Shown piece after piece: positions 53,901-64,000 of a stretch of 64,000 nt of DNA. Source of the DNA: Macrostomum hystrix (taxonomy: Eukaryota; Animalia; Platyhelminthes); contig CATNEN010000007.1 of the NCBI GenBank assembly GCA_950097015.1, forward strand, positions 9,486,001-9,550,000, read 5' to 3'. Each line of letters opens with the position of its first letter. The stretch's first letter is position 1. The notes beneath the pieces were generated by a model. The model searched no databases. It worked only from the letters and a program-made list of their open reading frames with translations, and was not told the origin of the DNA. The translations under genes were made by a program, and so were the position numbers.

Positions 53901-56900
53901 CCCGACTGCGCAGTGGCGGCACCTGAGTCAGTTTTTGAGCCTGCGGGGAATTAGCTAAGACTGGAAAACGTTGAGTTTCCAGTTTAATTACTTAATTCCA
54001 TTGGCCCACTGGCTGCAGTCGCTGCTAGTTAATAATGAGCAATCTGGCAAATTAAAGAGGAGCTAGGAGCTCTCCAGGTCACTGATCGGGGGCTGTTCAT
54101 TCCAGATTCTTCGCTTTGTCTTCTGCTTAATAATTCAGCAAGAAGAAATTGAAGGCAGATTACATTCGCAGCTCCATTATTTAAACGTGTCGAATATTCG
54201 CTGCTTTTACAACAGAATCGGATTTGTATATTTGCTTCTTTGTTTCTTCGCCTTTGCGCAGTGAAAAGAGTCTGAGAGACGCAGTGGGTCAGATGCGGGC
54301 GGGCTGCTGCAGCTGCAGATTCGATACAACACAGAAGGACACGGAGCAAAGGGGATGTGGGGAGTCCGGCTGCATCAGCGCTCCGTTTCGCTTCCAGCAT
54401 TTCGAGTTGTGGCTTTGTTTATTATGATTTCAATGACAATGGAAACGGCAGCTGCACAAATCACAACAGCAAGAGCACATAGGGGCGGGATAAATTCACA
54501 AATGGCTGTTATTGATAAATGACTAAAAAGACGGCGAGACACTCGGCTGCTTCAATAAAAAACACTTCTCTGCGGTGTGACCAGGAACTTCCATCGTCAG
54601 ATTATCGGTGACAGTCGTGGAAGAAAAAATCGACTAATTATTCATTGAGTCTGCCGCATTTTGGTTCTCACGTCTGACAGCGGAAAAATTGTTGAACAAT
54701 CGAGCAAATGATGATGTTTTAGAGGCTAACGGAGTTTGGAAACTGATGTTGCCAATGCGTCTGAATTAAACCACCCCTGATTACCGACGGCTGCTGGGCA
54801 GCGGAAAAGTCAGATTCAGCGGTAGCGGAGTTGAAGGCAGCGGCGGAGGTGGTGGCAGCTGCGGCTGTGTGAACTGTGCTGTAGTAAGAGGCGGCATCTG
54901 TTGCGGCGAGGCCCGCATTATTCTGACTTTGTTGTCGTGACGCATCCAGCTCTGTACCGTGCTCAGTGGTACATTAAAGTGCCGCTCCGCAGCGGAGGCG
55001 CCGTGCTGCTCAGCGAATTCAATCACGGCCAGCTTGATGTCGGGGCTGTAGAATGAACGCGGTCGACGATTGTAGGCGACTCCCTTCCGCGTGATAATAC
55101 GCACTGGCTCCGGCGTCGAATGGGGATCGAAGGGGCGCGGACCGCGTCGCTGCTGCGGCTTCTGTTGCTGTTGCTGCTGGTGCTGCTTCTGTTGATAATG
55201 CTGCTGTTGGTTCTGATATTTTTGCTGGAGCTGATGTTGCTGTCTGGTCGGCCCGTTTGCCGCCATAGGTGTGCTTTTTGGTCTTACGCGAAATCGCGTG
55301 TCTTCTAAACTATTAGCGCTGCCGTTGGTGTTGGTGTTACCGTCCATCATGCCAAGCTCGGCGCCTCCAAAACTAAAGAAGCCTCCCCCGCCGCCGCCAC
55401 CCAGCGCAGCGTAGAGAGTAGGGATGAGCGACTGCGAACTGATGTCGGCCAGGCTGCGCAGCCGACCCGCACCGCTGCTGTCCTCCTTGGTTGGCAGAAG
55501 CGGCGGTGGAAGCGACGGAAGCTGGATAGGAAAATTCGACTGCGTAGGAGGAGGAGCCAGTGTGTATGGCGATAGCTCCCTTCGCTGTCGTTTCTCGCCG
55601 TCCTCACGAAGATAACTGACGTCAGGTGCCGAGCAGATTGCCGATGCCTGCGGAAAGCATCAAAGCATGTTTTTAAGTGTTTGTGTTTGCATTTACTGTT
55701 GCCAATCGATATACAAACACGGATTAAAGGGGCCCTGTCGATTGAATTCGCACCTGTTTGGATCTGTTTTTCTTGGAAATTCAGCGCACTCTGCTAGAAA
55801 TAAGTTACCGAAATTGTTTTACTGAATTCTTTATTTCGGTCGACAGCTGGGCCTCCAACTCTGTTTCGTTGCGAGAGTGACGGCCAAAACGATTGTGCGC
55901 CAATTTTCCGTCTTTGATTTTCCTCAAGGGCTCACAGCATTTGCTACAGTTCTATCTAACCCGGCACAAAGGCTTTAGGAAATTTCTGAAACTCCGAGTA
56001 GTCGGTTTTCGCTTCATCGGCTCAAAGACGGATGAGGATGACGAGGAAGAACATGTCTATTTTGAATACGTTACATTTTGTCTGCGAATTCTACTGATTT
56101 CTAGAAAGCCCCCTTTGTGCCAGGAATTAGGAAAATGAGCTTATCATACGCTGTATGGGTCTTGCATTGGGCAAGCTTATGGCCCAATGTTTTGGTTGCA
56201 TTAGCTTATTCTCAGGACTTTATAGTTTTAGTTGAGCTGCATCTGACTAGCTGTGCGGTCAAGATTTTAGCTGCCTTATTGAGCACATTTTGACCAAACT
56301 CGCGCACACCAGAAAGCCTCCTTTCTGATTAAACGCTAACGAGTTAAGCTCGATTCTTAAGTAGCTAAGCATTCAAGCAACTCAAACATCAGCATCTCAA
56401 ACAGCTCGAGCTTGACTCATGAGTAGCTAAGCACTCAAGCAACTCAAACATCAGCATCTCAAACAGCTCGAGCTTGACTCATGAGTAGCTAAGCACTCAA
56501 GCAACTCAAACATCAGCATCTCAAACAGCTCGAGCTTGACTCATGAGTAGCTAAGCACTCAAGCAACTCAAACATCAGCATCTCAAACAGCTCGAGCTTG
56601 ACTCATGAGTAGCTAAGCACTCAAGCAACTCAAACATCAGCATCTCAAACAGCTCGAGCTTGACTCATGAGTAGCTAAGCACTCAAGCAACTCAAACATC
56701 AGCATCTCAAACAGCTCGAGCTTGACTCATGGCACTCAAGCAACGCTTCTCGCTGTCAGCTCGACTTATGGCATATGGCCTAAGCTACACTTGCGCTCCT
56801 TAAAAGATATGTAATCTATAAATTATGTTATATTGTGTGTATTCATACCTGTCTTTCTGGGTCTCAGTCTGAATTATTTACTTCATTTTCCCACTTGTTG

Positions 56901-59900
56901 ACGCTATCTATAAGAATGTAACTAAATTTAGCCTCCGCAAATATAAGAGTAGTATATAAAATCTAGTGCGCACTGTGTGCACTAGTGGGGCTTCATAGTT
57001 AAATAAAATTGTTTTTCAAGCAGCCAGGTTTGCGTTCAGCGTACAGCTAGCTGTAGAAAATTAATTCAGGCTTGTAGCGTATGGGAAGGCAGTTTTTTAT
57101 AACTCTAACTGAAACATTTTCTGCCCCCATTCATTGCATGCGCCTTGCCTGTCTTAATTCATGTCCTTTGTTCCAGACAATTCCCTGTGACTAATAATAA
57201 ACCCACTGCGAGCTAGGGCTGGCCTGCTTTGCGATTGCTGCTGCTGCTGCTGCTGTTTCTAACCTCCTAATTTACCTGGGATTTTTCGTAGTTGACAGAC
57301 TAGAGGAATTCTTGAACAGGATTACTGGTGACGGGCTCTCTGTAGGTAATTGTTGCTGAATTATTATTGCAAAACAAGCCGCATCCGCTACAACTGCCGC
57401 ATTTTAATTCCCAAATTTCGCTATTTTTTCATGCCCCAATACCCCGATTATCTCGGCCCTCAGCAAATGATGTGCAAGCCAACAAAGGTCCTAAGCACAC
57501 TGTAATCAAGTTTCAAAAGCAGCCAGCGAGGTTTTTAAGGACACCCGAGGTAGTGGCGAGAGAAGCAGGATAGAGGGGCCAATCGGAGAAATGAGGATTT
57601 CGGAGCTGTACGCGCGCTTAACAACCGGCTTAAACTATATCAGTTAGCGGGGAATCGTCTCCCCTTTCTCCAGTGTATCTTGGCTACATGCAGTGTATAG
57701 TATCCACATTACACTTTGATATTCTGTCTGCGTGTTGTGTGTTAGTTAGCAGCGGGCCAAGCCCGGCTCGCAATGCCTCGTCACGCGCACATTTCGTGAA
57801 AATTATGATGCACAGGACGACAAGAAAAGGAGGATTGAAAAAAAGGAGAAAGGGCTAAAAGAGAAAGAGGGGAGAGGGGAGAGAACAGCGGGATTACTGC
57901 GTGTAACACGCGCGCTCCCGGCTGGAGGGAAGGCCGGAGAACTGCGCACATCGGGAGAGTCGCGCTGCCGAGATGGGATGTCTGGGGCAGGGCCGGGTTG
58001 GCTTGGGATTCTAATCCTTAAAATTTGCAACCGCCGTCCCGGTTGGAGATAGTAGAAGCGCAGAACACAGTCAGTCATCAGCTGCAGCGTACAATGCTCG
58101 GCGAATTCAATTCTTCCGCCACTAGCACCCCAGTTTGAATTTGGCCATGAAAAAGTGAAATTTGTTCGTTTTCTTTAATCTATTTGGTCTGTATAGTGAC
58201 TTGAAGGATAGGACAGTCCTAGCGGGGCTAAAAACAAAACCGGTGTAACAGTTAGAATCGCTGTAGGCATCAGTGAGCATGAAAGTGCTAGTTGTTAACC
58301 TGGAATCGTCGAGCCTCACCTTTGCCTCAGTCAGCTGTTGCTGATTCTGTAAAATGCGCTTCGGACAGGCCGACTTCCGGCTCCGCTTGCCGCCGTGCAG
58401 CAGATGGTTAGCGTCCGCGTCTGGCTGCATCATCTGCGATGGTGTCTGCTAGCCTGCGCTGCTGAGCACAGCTCGTTAACAAGCTGCTCCGCGTTGTCCT
58501 CTTTTCTCCTTCGTTCGGGAACTCGATGGATTCTCGGAATCGGCTCGTCCCGTCCTCTTGCTGTGTATCCAATTGGAAACTGAAATCAAACGGAACCTTT
58601 CCGCTGCGCCTGTATTAAATGAGCGCGGAGGCTGGGGTGGCTGTGACGGAGGAGGATGAAGCGGCCAGCGCAGTCTCCGGGCCTGTAGGAAGAAGCGGCT
58701 TTCAGTTTTCACTAGCTAATTCAGATTTTTGTTAGCTATTTGGCCAGCCAGTTTGTTGCTGATTTTCTCACGTAAACCCTGAAACGGATGGCTTTCCTTG
58801 GCGCTTGAGGACTGGAGGGAGTGAAGGCTGCGGCCTGCCCGGTTAATATATTTAAATGGAGGGCGGAGGGAGGTGGCCGGACAGCTTATAATGCTGTACT
58901 GCCCCCCCCCCGCATTTTTCATACTGATATAACTCATCGCGTATGCTATGTTTTGCGTGTGTCAACTTTATTTCGCGCGTGCTGTGCGCGCGAGCGACCG
59001 CCCGCCCCTCCTCTCCCTGCCCCCTTGTTCCCCCTCCTTCGCCTCCCCTTTACTCCTTAAAAACCTATCATCCATTTGCTGAGCGGTGAAGTGTAGTTAA
59101 GGATTAGACTATTACTCAGAGCATCCCGTCTCATTCGATTGTTGCCATGCAGCTGAGCACTAGGGATGCGATTTTGTTGTTTGAAAATGTTTTGAGAAGT
59201 TTCGTCTACAGGTATTGAGACTCGCATTTGTGTAGTTTGAATAAGTGGCATGCCAAAAACAAAAAAAAGAAACTCAAATGCACATTGTGTGAGGTCGCCA
59301 AGGCATTAGACAATTCATTAAGTTATGTTATTTTATTAGTAGAACTCGATACGAGAGTTCGCTTGACAATTAGATAAGATTATTGTGTAGATTTAGTTGG
59401 TTTGGATAGGCGCTCTAGCCAGGTAGGTAGTGTGTTGCCTTGGGGGTGGCTCGCTTGGTTAGCCTAACTTCTGCCTGTAAGAAAGGATTTAAAGGTGGGG
59501 AAGAAAGGGAATGAGGGAGAAAAGGAATTGATGATGAGCCGAGTATTTGTCAGATTACTCAGAGGGAGTGGGTTGAGGGTGCTGCTTCCTAATGCCCGCA
59601 TGCCTTCGCCAACTGCATTAGATGGATCCAATTTCCCTGCTGCTGCTGCAGCTCACAGCCTAGTGCCAGCTAGCAAAGCATTGATGATGCGAGCTTGAGG
59701 CCAGGAGGAATTGGTGTTCGTTTGTTGCACGTGAGAGGTTTTTCTCCGCACTGTACAGCTGCTACTCATTGAGCACTACTCAGAGTCGCGCGCTCATAAG
59801 CGGGTTGCTAGGATACGACTTTTTATTAAAATTATGCATTATGCATTCTAGACCCCCCTGGCTGTACTGGCCTTGTCTTCTGCTCAACTGGTGACTGAGC

Positions 59901-62900
59901 ATTGGAAGCTCTGGGGTGGCTTTCCTCTCCCAGATTGCATGCGGCATGTCAAAGCTTTAAAAACTGCGGCTCACATGATTTGCACATAGCATATGTGCAT
60001 GTGTATATACTGTTATTATTCCCGCTGACTATGGAGATCAGCACAGCATGCAGATTGCACAGTACATGTTGCTGACGCACACCTATTGCTCTTCCCCTGG
60101 CCTAGTAAACCTGAAACTAATCAGCCCCAGGGCTGCCTCACAGACTGAGTGGAGGAGGCTAAAATATCATAATAAAATTTAGCCGCACTCTCTTGGGCTC
60201 GTATAAGCATACATAACATAAATATTACACTGACAAACACAATTATATGTGTGTTTATACACACTATATGCTTTATGCCCGGAGTGATACTGTGTGAAAA
60301 GTATTCATTTATGTGCACATACATATATCAAGATAGCGAGGCTCTGTGTACATTTTCTTTGCCAGTCGGCTGCTAGGCTGAAAAAATCGCAGTCTACGAG
60401 CAATCTCTTGCGGCCCGCTGCCATTTACTCCAGGATAAATATTTTAGGCAAAATAGGAATAATAGCAAGCTTGAAGTGGGCACGCTTAAATGGCTATTTT
60501 ATTGCAGCACGTGTGCATTCCTCCAAGTAATGACGTCTGCGGAGTCTGCAACGCCAGAAATAAATGTTGCTACAGAAAAAGCTGAAAAAAACTAACGTAA
60601 ATTAGTGACTATGCTCTGAAGGACTTTCTTGATGTCACGCTGCAGTCAGAATAGCGTTGACGCTTGAACTTGAAACATTTGGGTCCATTGTGCGGGCCAG
60701 GAAGAAGGAAAACAATGACAGGCTTCGAGGCTGCTTGCTAAGTTAAGACAAAATGGTGCTCACTACTTTACAGCAGGTCCATGCATCTTGCTTGCTTTCC
60801 GCTTCGTCGTCCGCTCCGCATTAGAATAGCGATTCGCTTGAGTGCAGCAGCAGCAGCAGCTTGAGTCCTGTCACGAAACACTGTGCTCAGAGGCAGAAGT
60901 GGCCGCCTACTCATCCCAGACTCAGGGGGATCTTGGATTCTTATCTCTAACTTATTGTGTCTCGTGGCAGTTTTTTCTCTCCACCTATGCTCACTGCAAT
61001 CATCATCCTCTCTTTGTGATCCTTTCGTCACCCACACTGTCTCCGTGTCGCTAACTACACAACTTATATTTATGTGTACCAAACTGGTTTCATTAGACGA
61101 CTATGGAAGAAGCAATAAGGAATGACAAGGTCTTCTATCTGGGCTGTTGCATACCACGCTTTGTTTATCTGTTTTTGATGAACCAGATGCTCTTTAGCAG
61201 AGTTAGCTCCCCTCACTATCCCGTGTGCATTCGTATTGTTACAAAGCTATCTCAAAACCGCATAGAAGTACAAGTGTAACGCATGCCTGCAATAAGACAA
61301 TCAAGAAGGCATTTGGTTCAGTTTGAAACTGTCCTCACAAGTTCACCTGTTTAATTGTCTTCGTGCATCCAGAGAGCACTCTGCCCCGCCCTGGCTACGT
61401 CGCCAAGCGGCCGAAGTCCAGCGCCTCCAGTCGGGCCTCGGGCAGTCTGCGTAACAATTCGGCGACTATATCGGAGGTCTCCGCAACGTCTTCAGCGGTG
61501 ACTGCGCCAGCTGCCACTTCTGACGCCGCCTCTGATCGACTATCGCACGGCAGCGACATCACCATCATCGACGAGGAGGCTAGTGACGACGACGGCAGCC
61601 GGTCGCTGGCCTCGTCGATGTCCAAGACTGCCGGCCGCAGCTGCGCCAGCGAGCCGTTCAGGGACAAGGAGAAGCGCGATCTACTGCTCTGCCTTCTCCA
61701 CGTTGTCTCCTGTCTGGAGGACGGTGAGTTTGGGGGCGACACTGTGACACTGAAGCTCACTTTAGAATGCACAATGTGTGAATGCTTGGTTCACAGTGTG
61801 TGAATGCTTGGTTCACAGTGTGTGAATGCTTGGTTCACAGTGTGTGAATGCTTGGTTCACAGTGTGTGAATGCTTGGTTCACAGTGTGTGAATGCTTGGT
61901 TCACAGTGTGTGAATGCTTGGTTCACAGTGTGTGAATGCTTGGTTCACAGTGTGTGAATGCTTGGTTCACAGTGTGTGAATGCTTGTTTCACAGTGTGTG
62001 AATGCTTGGTTCACAGTGTGTGAATGCTTGGTTCACAGTGTGTGAATGCTTGGTTCACAGTGTGTGAATGCTTGGTTCACAGTGTGTGAATGCTTGGTTC
62101 ACAGTGTGTGAATGCTTGGTTCACAGTGTGTGAATGCTTGGTTCACAGTGTGTGAATGCTTGGTTCACAGTGTGTGAATGCTTGGTTCACAGTGTGTGAA
62201 TGCTTGGTTCACAGTGTGTGAATGCTTGGTTCACAGTGTGTGAATGCTTGGTTCACAGTGTGTGAATGCTTGGTTCACAGTGTGTGAATGCTTGGTGTTA
62301 GAGGCGAGGGCATAACTTTCTCAGCATTTATTGAGATCAGAGAGCTTGTGTCCCAGCGGGTTGGTTTAGCTAATTGCAGGAAATCCTTTCATCATAGACA
62401 AATCTATATTTTTTGTGTATCTAACAGCGCCAGGTAATTATCCCAGGTGCGCTCAATTGCTGCATTGGCCCAGCTCTTTAACTATCTTTTTTTTCGCTCG
62501 CCCACGCGTTTTATTGTTTCCCCATCCCCACCTACTGCAGAGGTCCTGGTGTCCTGGCTGAGCAGTCTGTCGCCCAATGACCGGCTAGACTTCTTGGAAA
62601 TTCTTGAGTAAGCGGGTGACTCGACTGAGTTCTTGTTTACCTGTTCTTGTTTTGGTACACCGAGCTCATTCTGTGTTTGTTATGGTTAAACGCTTTCAGA
62701 ATCGCACTGGATAACTTTCGCTACGATGGCAAGACAAAGGCGAAGACTTTCGAGTGAGTTCTCCTAGGAGCAGACTCTTGCGGCACTATTTGAGCTAGCT
62801 CGCTGCTCCATTCTCAAAAATTGTATTGTCTCATTCTCATCCTACTCTAAACACATATTACATCGTAATTCCATCACCCATCCTCATTCCATATTCCATT

Positions 62901-64000
62901 CAAATCCCATTCACCTCGGCAGGAGCATCTCGTCCAGCGGCGCGCTGTTCAGCAAGGACCGCCGACAGGGCATCCGTGGATTTCGGGCTTCCAAACACCT
63001 GGATGAAACTGACGGTGAGCTGCATGCTGAAATGCCCGACTGCTTTATCAAGGATGCACTTAAACGAAATTAAGTTTGCAATACCTTCGTTTACTATAAA
63101 TATGAAAAATCCCGCATCCCCTATCCCGCATCCCGCATCGCAAATCCCGCATTCCAAATCCCGCATCCCGCATCGCAAATCCCGCATTCCAAATCCCGCA
63201 TCCCGTATCGCAAATCCCGCATTCCAAATCCCGCATCCCGCATCGCAAATCCCGCATTCCAAATCCCGCATCCCGCATCCCAAATCCCGCATCCCGCATC
63301 GCAAATCCCGCATTCCAAATCCCGCATCCCGTATCGCAAATCCCGCATTCCAAATCCCGCATCCCGCATCCCAAATCCCGCATTCCAAATCCCACATCCC
63401 GCATTCCGAATCCCGCATCCCGCACCTCGAATTCGAAGTATTTCATCGGAAGTCTTCTCAATACTGAATTCCCTCGCCGCAGCTGCCGGCGAGCGCAAGG
63501 CCGCGGATTCCCGATGGGTCGCCGAGGGTCACGTGAGCGCCCAGGCGGGACTGGCGGCCCTGCACGCCGTGTGTGTGTTCTGGCAGCACTTCCACCGCGA
63601 CCTGCTCTCTGGAAGCAGCGAAGCTCCAGCTTTTAGGCGTGTTGTTAACGCCTACTTGCAGCTGCTGGACCTTCGTCAGTCCGAGCCGCTGCTCCGACAC
63701 GCCTTCGCCTCGCTTCGCCTGTTCGTGTCCCGCTTCGCCTCCGTCCTATTCGCGCCCGGCTCCCCCAGCGCTTGCGTCCGCCAGCTCTGCGCCTGCGTCC
63801 TGCGCTGCGGTGAGTCTCGCCAGGCCGGGGTGCGCCAGCTGTCTGCTGGCCTCCTTTTCCTCATGGCCAGGCAGAACCAGGCCGTCACCGGCTGCGTCGG
63901 CCGCCTGCACTCGCAGGCCATGGTCGCTCTGGCCGGCCAGGCGGAGCGGCTCAGCGCCAGTCCGTCGCGACTGCGCCGCTTCGAGGCCTGCCTCCGGCTG
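40959..64000 (+). CDS. DOCK-D/Zizimin (DOCK9/10/11-like) Cdc42 GEF, 5' part; continues beyond the window
   Basis: Exons 40959-41099, 43480-43593, 43677-44366, 44505-44989, 46095-46189, 46573-46955, 47288-47530, 48080-48826, 49226-49467, 49819-49916, 51530-52111, 61373-61723, 62541-62607, 62700-62753, 62923-63014, 63483->64000, with consistent phases. Motifs: EPIDYE..NDPHREL; NPEPFFLSL; KVLQG..LGHYRQPFGWA; C2/DHR1 LFVYPRQLNYD..ARN..VELRDCD, FSDEIK, HHLFF..HVSCD, VGYAW, WVDGGRP; MDRGFAF; CQHEHYVPLNLP; HFLIG; KH..D.RY; LYLPF; QSE..LRHAFASLR. Confidence 0.93.
41877..43017. mobile_element. Putative non-autonomous TIR DNA transposon (about 1.14 kb) in DOCK intron 1
   Basis: 31-bp inverted repeats at 41877-41907 (TTTGGGCTTCTTGAACTTTAATTCTATAAAA) and 42987-43017 with 1 mismatch. 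No clear TSD and no intact ORF. Confidence 0.5.
45512..45830. repeat. 15-bp pyrimidine-rich minisatellite (CCCGGGTTCTCCCCT / CCCAGATTCTCCCCT), DOCK intron
   Basis: Directly visible. Confidence 0.93.
46250..46540. repeat. 31/28-bp minisatellite (GAGATTTTGAATGTTGTGAGAGCTGGGT), DOCK intron
   Basis: About 10 copies; the unit shortens from 31 to 28 bp along the array. Confidence 0.93.
47531..48044. repeat. (TCTG/CCTG)n tetranucleotide microsatellite filling a DOCK intron
   Basis: Begins at the intron donor GT (47531). Confidence 0.97.
48852..49140. repeat. 21-bp minisatellite (GCGATGGAGTAGAGTAGAGAG), about 14 copies, DOCK intron
   Basis: Directly visible. Confidence 0.95.
50005..50352. repeat. 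21-bp minisatellite (TTCCCTCTTCATATTCCCCAC), about 16 copies, DOCK intron
   Basis: Directly visible. Confidence 0.95.
52197..53490. repeat. 31-bp minisatellite (TCCCTGCACCATCAGATCCTCTGGTATCAAT), about 41 copies, DOCK intron
   Basis: Directly visible; some 33-bp variants in the 3' half. Confidence 0.97.
54781..58433 (-). CDS. Brinker-DBD/pogo-type HTH protein nested antisense in a DOCK intron (2 exons, about 326 aa)
   Basis: Exons 58433-58320 (GT donor) and 55647-54781 (TTCCGCAG acceptor) join in phase 0 and stay open. RRPRSFYSPDIKLAVIEFAEQHGASAAERHFNVPLSTVQSW matches the BrkDBD/pogo HTH pattern; polyQ and Pro-rich regions; C-terminal PLNLT. Confidence 0.78.
56361..56742. repeat. 62-bp minisatellite, 6 copies, in the intron of the nested gene
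   Basis: Unit GTAGCTAAGCACTCAAGCAACTCAAACATCAGCATCTCAAACAGCTCGAGCTTGACTCATGA. Confidence 0.96.
58818..58858 (-). promoter_or_regulatory. Putative TATA/Inr core promoter of the nested Brinker-like gene
   Basis: Minus strand TTTAAATATATTAA followed about 28 nt later by TTCACTC, roughly 390 bp upstream of ATG 58433, in a GC-rich context. Confidence 0.35.
61775..62296. repeat. 22-bp minisatellite (TGTGTGAATGCTTGGTTCACAG), about 24 copies, DOCK intron
   Basis: Directly visible. Confidence 0.97.
63107..63424. repeat. 7-bp-based compound repeat (ATCCCGC/ATTCCAA/ATCGCAA), DOCK intron
   Basis: Directly visible. Confidence 0.93.

Overview
Intron-containing animal genomic DNA with GC-rich exons and a different minisatellite in most larger introns. 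This style suggests a free-living flatworm such as Macrostomum (inference, not verified). Genes rebuilt by hand from GT-AG exon chains: DOT1L (+, 204-5828), an uncharacterised single-ORF gene (+, 10095-10982), an intron-containing C2H2/MULE/SWIM transposase-derived gene (-, 11280-14018), UBA5 (-), RSPH4/6 (+), a C-type lectin/PAN-like gene (+), TMEM272-like (-), an ER cyclophilin (+), NF-YB (-), INPP5E (+) and a DOCK9/10/11-type GEF (+, from 40959, running off the window). The DOCK gene appears to lack its PH domain and hosts an antisense Brinker-DBD gene in a 9-kb intron. Relics include alpha1,3-fucosyltransferase and F-type lectin pseudogene fragments, a Crypton-like element with a 200-bp palindrome and a 1.1-kb TIR element. 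Most notable: (1) an apparently catalytically dead, domesticated Mutator gene; (2) the nested Brinker-like repressor; (3) several genes with no usable ATG whose ORFs start in phase 0 after a splice acceptor, consistent with a spliced-leader-donated AUG; (4) AT-rich, CpG-depleted blocks at gene 5' ends, one holding an inverted 50-bp copy of the INPP5E stop region that differs only by CpG transitions. Homology calls come from recalled motifs; no searches were run.
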